DNA of 64,000 nucleotides from Eubacteriales bacterium (GTDB lineage Bacteria; Bacillota; Clostridia; Oscillospirales; CAG-272): NCBI GenBank assembly GCA_045629745.1, contig JAZQRU010000042.1, positions 100,039 to 164,038 of the forward strand, read 5' to 3'. Shown piece by piece: positions 62,640 to 64,000 of this stretch (position 1 is its first letter; each line of letters starts with the position of its first letter). The notes under the pieces were generated by a model. It saw only the letters and a program-made list of their open reading frames with translations, ran no database searches and was not told where the DNA came from. The position numbers and the translations under genes were made by a program.

Positions 62640-63290
62640 TCACAGAAGCAGACGCAAGGCTTCATCTGGGCTCTCAGCGATCAAAGTAAAGCCCGCGCCT
62701 AAAATTTCTTCGCGGCTTCCGTGGCCGTAAAGCACGCCAAGGCTGTCTATTCCGACGAGTCTTGCCCCCTCGGCATCGAAAATTCTGTCACCGACCAGAA
62801 TACACCCTGACTTTTCGGGAGAGCGGACTGATTTTAAAGCATAGTCAAGAACCTCGCATTTTTTGTCGCGTTTTTTGTCTATCGTGGCAGTGCTTATAAA
62901 ATCAAAGTATTTTGCCAAATCAAAAAGTGTGAGAACCTTGTTTGCGACTCTTTCGGGCTTTGAGGTTGCGACAACGAGCGTCTTTCCCGAAGCCTTTAGC
63001 TTAGCGAGCATTTCGGATACTCCGTTGTAGAGGTCGTTTTCGCGCCAACCGTAAACGTCGTAAAATTCACGAAAGACTCTAAGCGCTTCGTTGCACTCAC
63101 CGTCGGAAAGACCGAAGCATTTTTTCCACTCGTCAAACAGAGGCGGGCCTATAAAGCGCTTTAAGCTCTCGAGACTCTCGTATTTTATTCCGAGCTTGTC
63201 AAAAGCGTATCTGAATCCGGCAACGAGTCCGCGCTCGGGATTCGTGAGAGTTCCGTCAAGGTCGAAGGCAATTGTATCGTATTTTTTCAC
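62640..63290 (-). CDS. HAD-IA family hydrolase (phosphoglycolate phosphatase-like)
   Basis: Motif I FDLDGTL, motif II VATSK, motif IV VGDRIFD. Confidence 0.8.
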   Translation of the reverse strand: MKKYDTIAFDLDGTLTNPERGLVAGFRYAFDKLGIKYESLESLKRFIGPPLFDEWKKCFGLSDGECNEALRVFREFYDVYGWRENDLYNGVSEMLAKLKASGKTLVVATSKPERVANKVLTLFDLAKYFDFISTATIDKKRDKKCEVLDYALKSVRSPEKSGCILVGDRIFDAEGARLVGIDSLGVLYGHGSREEILGAGFTLIAESPDEALRLLL

Positions 63291-63302
63291 ACGTATCCCC
63301 TC

Positions 63303-64000
63303 CTATTCGTAATTTTTCGCCGTTTCCCGAAGCAAAGAAGCAAGTTCCTGTCGCACGCCCACGGGGCTAAGTATTCTTAAATCACTTCCAAAGCCAAGCA
63401 CCCAAGCAAAGAAATTCGGGCTTATAAGCAGCCGAATCGTAAACTTAAAGCCAAAATCCGTCTTGGTGAATAGCGGCTCCGAACCAAAGCGGTCTATCAT
63501 AACTCCTGCCAACTTTTCTTTACATTCAAGAGTTACGAGCTCTTCTTTTCCGCCATACATACCGAAAATCTTTCTCGAGTAATCCGCGGGGTTGAAATTC
63601 GACACCCGTGTGTCGTTTTTTGCCATTTCTGATAGTAATTTTGTGCCTTGCATTTTATCAACGCGGAAGTTTTTTATTGCATCAGCCTTCTCGTCAAGCG
63701 CAACGAGATAATAATTCTCGTCATTCCACAAAAGTGCCGTAGGAGTCACTATATAAGGCTCACCGTCATTTTTTAAAACTCTATTTTTATTTATATCATA
63801 GTAAAAATACTTGAATGAAAGCTTTTTCTTTTCGTTAATCGCTGCGTGTATTGCGTCAATGCTATATAAGCTCGCGTTATTTTGCGTTTTCACTCTGTCC
63901 TCAACGTAAACTTGACGGGAAAGCTCTCTTGAGCGATGTGCGCCTGCAAAGCTTTCGAGCTTTGATATTATTTCCCGACTTTTCCTTGTGGTTATGAATT
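63303..64000 (-). CDS. WYL-domain transcriptional regulator (YafY-like), 5' end outside the window
   Basis: The reading frame stays open from 63893 to the window edge (...SKLESFAGAHRSRELSRQVYVEDR-). WYL-type core (PYIVTPTALLWNDENYYLVA...FRVDKM) and a C-terminal WCX-like region. Confidence 0.6.
   Translation of the reverse strand, partial: FITTRKSREIISKLESFAGAHRSRELSRQVYVEDRVKTQNNASLYSIDAIHAAINEKKKLSFKYFYYDINKNRVLKNDGEPYIVTPTALLWNDENYYLVALDEKADAIKNFRVDKMQGTKLLSEMAKNDTRVSNFNPADYSRKIFGMYGGKEELVTLECKEKLAGVMIDRFGSEPLFTKTDFGFKFTIRLLISPNFFAWVLGFGSDLRILSPVGVRQELASLLRETAKNYE

Noticed and set aside
1-64000. Search for mobile elements, prophage, toxin-antitoxin, restriction-modification or known anti-phage defence genes, tRNA/rRNA genes and CRISPR arrays.
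   Set aside because: I recognised no transposase, integrase, recombinase, nuclease/helicase defence signature, inverted terminal repeats, tRNA-like T-arm motif or spaced direct-repeat array. The WYL regulator at the edge is the only defence-associated domain, and its context lies outside the window.

Overview
This 64-kb window looks like a chromosomal segment of a low-GC Gram-positive, Clostridia-like genome. Supporting signs are spoVG, TTGACA/TATAAT promoters, AGGAG ribosome-binding sites, lipobox signal peptides and tagD. I saw no rRNA, tRNA, CRISPR array, transposase, integrase or phage genes.

Layout:
(1) 0.1-5.1 kb: two paralogous PlsC-type acyltransferases with zinc-ribbon tails and a GltS-like symporter. 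They are separated by a ~0.9-kb gene-free island with strong purine/pyrimidine strand asymmetry that carries its own promoter and terminators.
(2) 5.5-15.3 kb: a 2,537-aa lipoprotein made almost entirely of ~27-aa His2/Cys2 mini-units (core H-x3-C-x-C-G-Y, roughly 60-70 copies by eye), followed by a 686-aa paralogue.
(3) 15.4-34.6 kb: one minus-strand Wzx/Wzy polysaccharide operon. It encodes fnlABC (L-FucNAc), a PglF/PglE/PglC-like initiation module without an acetyltransferase, TagD+LicD (glycerol phosphate), and a pyruvyl transferase fused to an FrhB-like Fe-S protein plus a second free-standing FrhB-like protein. The central part has lower GC.
(4) 34.7-54 kb: mostly housekeeping genes (rsmG, short ParB-like HTH protein, trmO, asnS, mgtE with an attenuator-type leader, murC, spoVG, TRIC channel, rdgB, fhs, yceD-rpmF). 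This block also holds tandem SGNH hydrolase paralogues and two large acidic coiled-coil orphans.
(5) 54.3-62.2 kb: a tight operon of four paralogous, acidic, Tyr/Asp-rich lipoproteins of unknown function with propeller-like strand repeats and local Cys/Asp knots.
(6) A HAD phosphatase and a WYL-domain regulator that runs off the window edge.

The best candidates for undescribed biology are the extracellular zinc-knuckle-like array lipoproteins, the four-lipoprotein operon, and the predicted zwitterionic, pyruvylated, glycerophosphorylated glycan locus with its FrhB-like redox partners. All functional calls come from motif recognition by eye; no database search was run.
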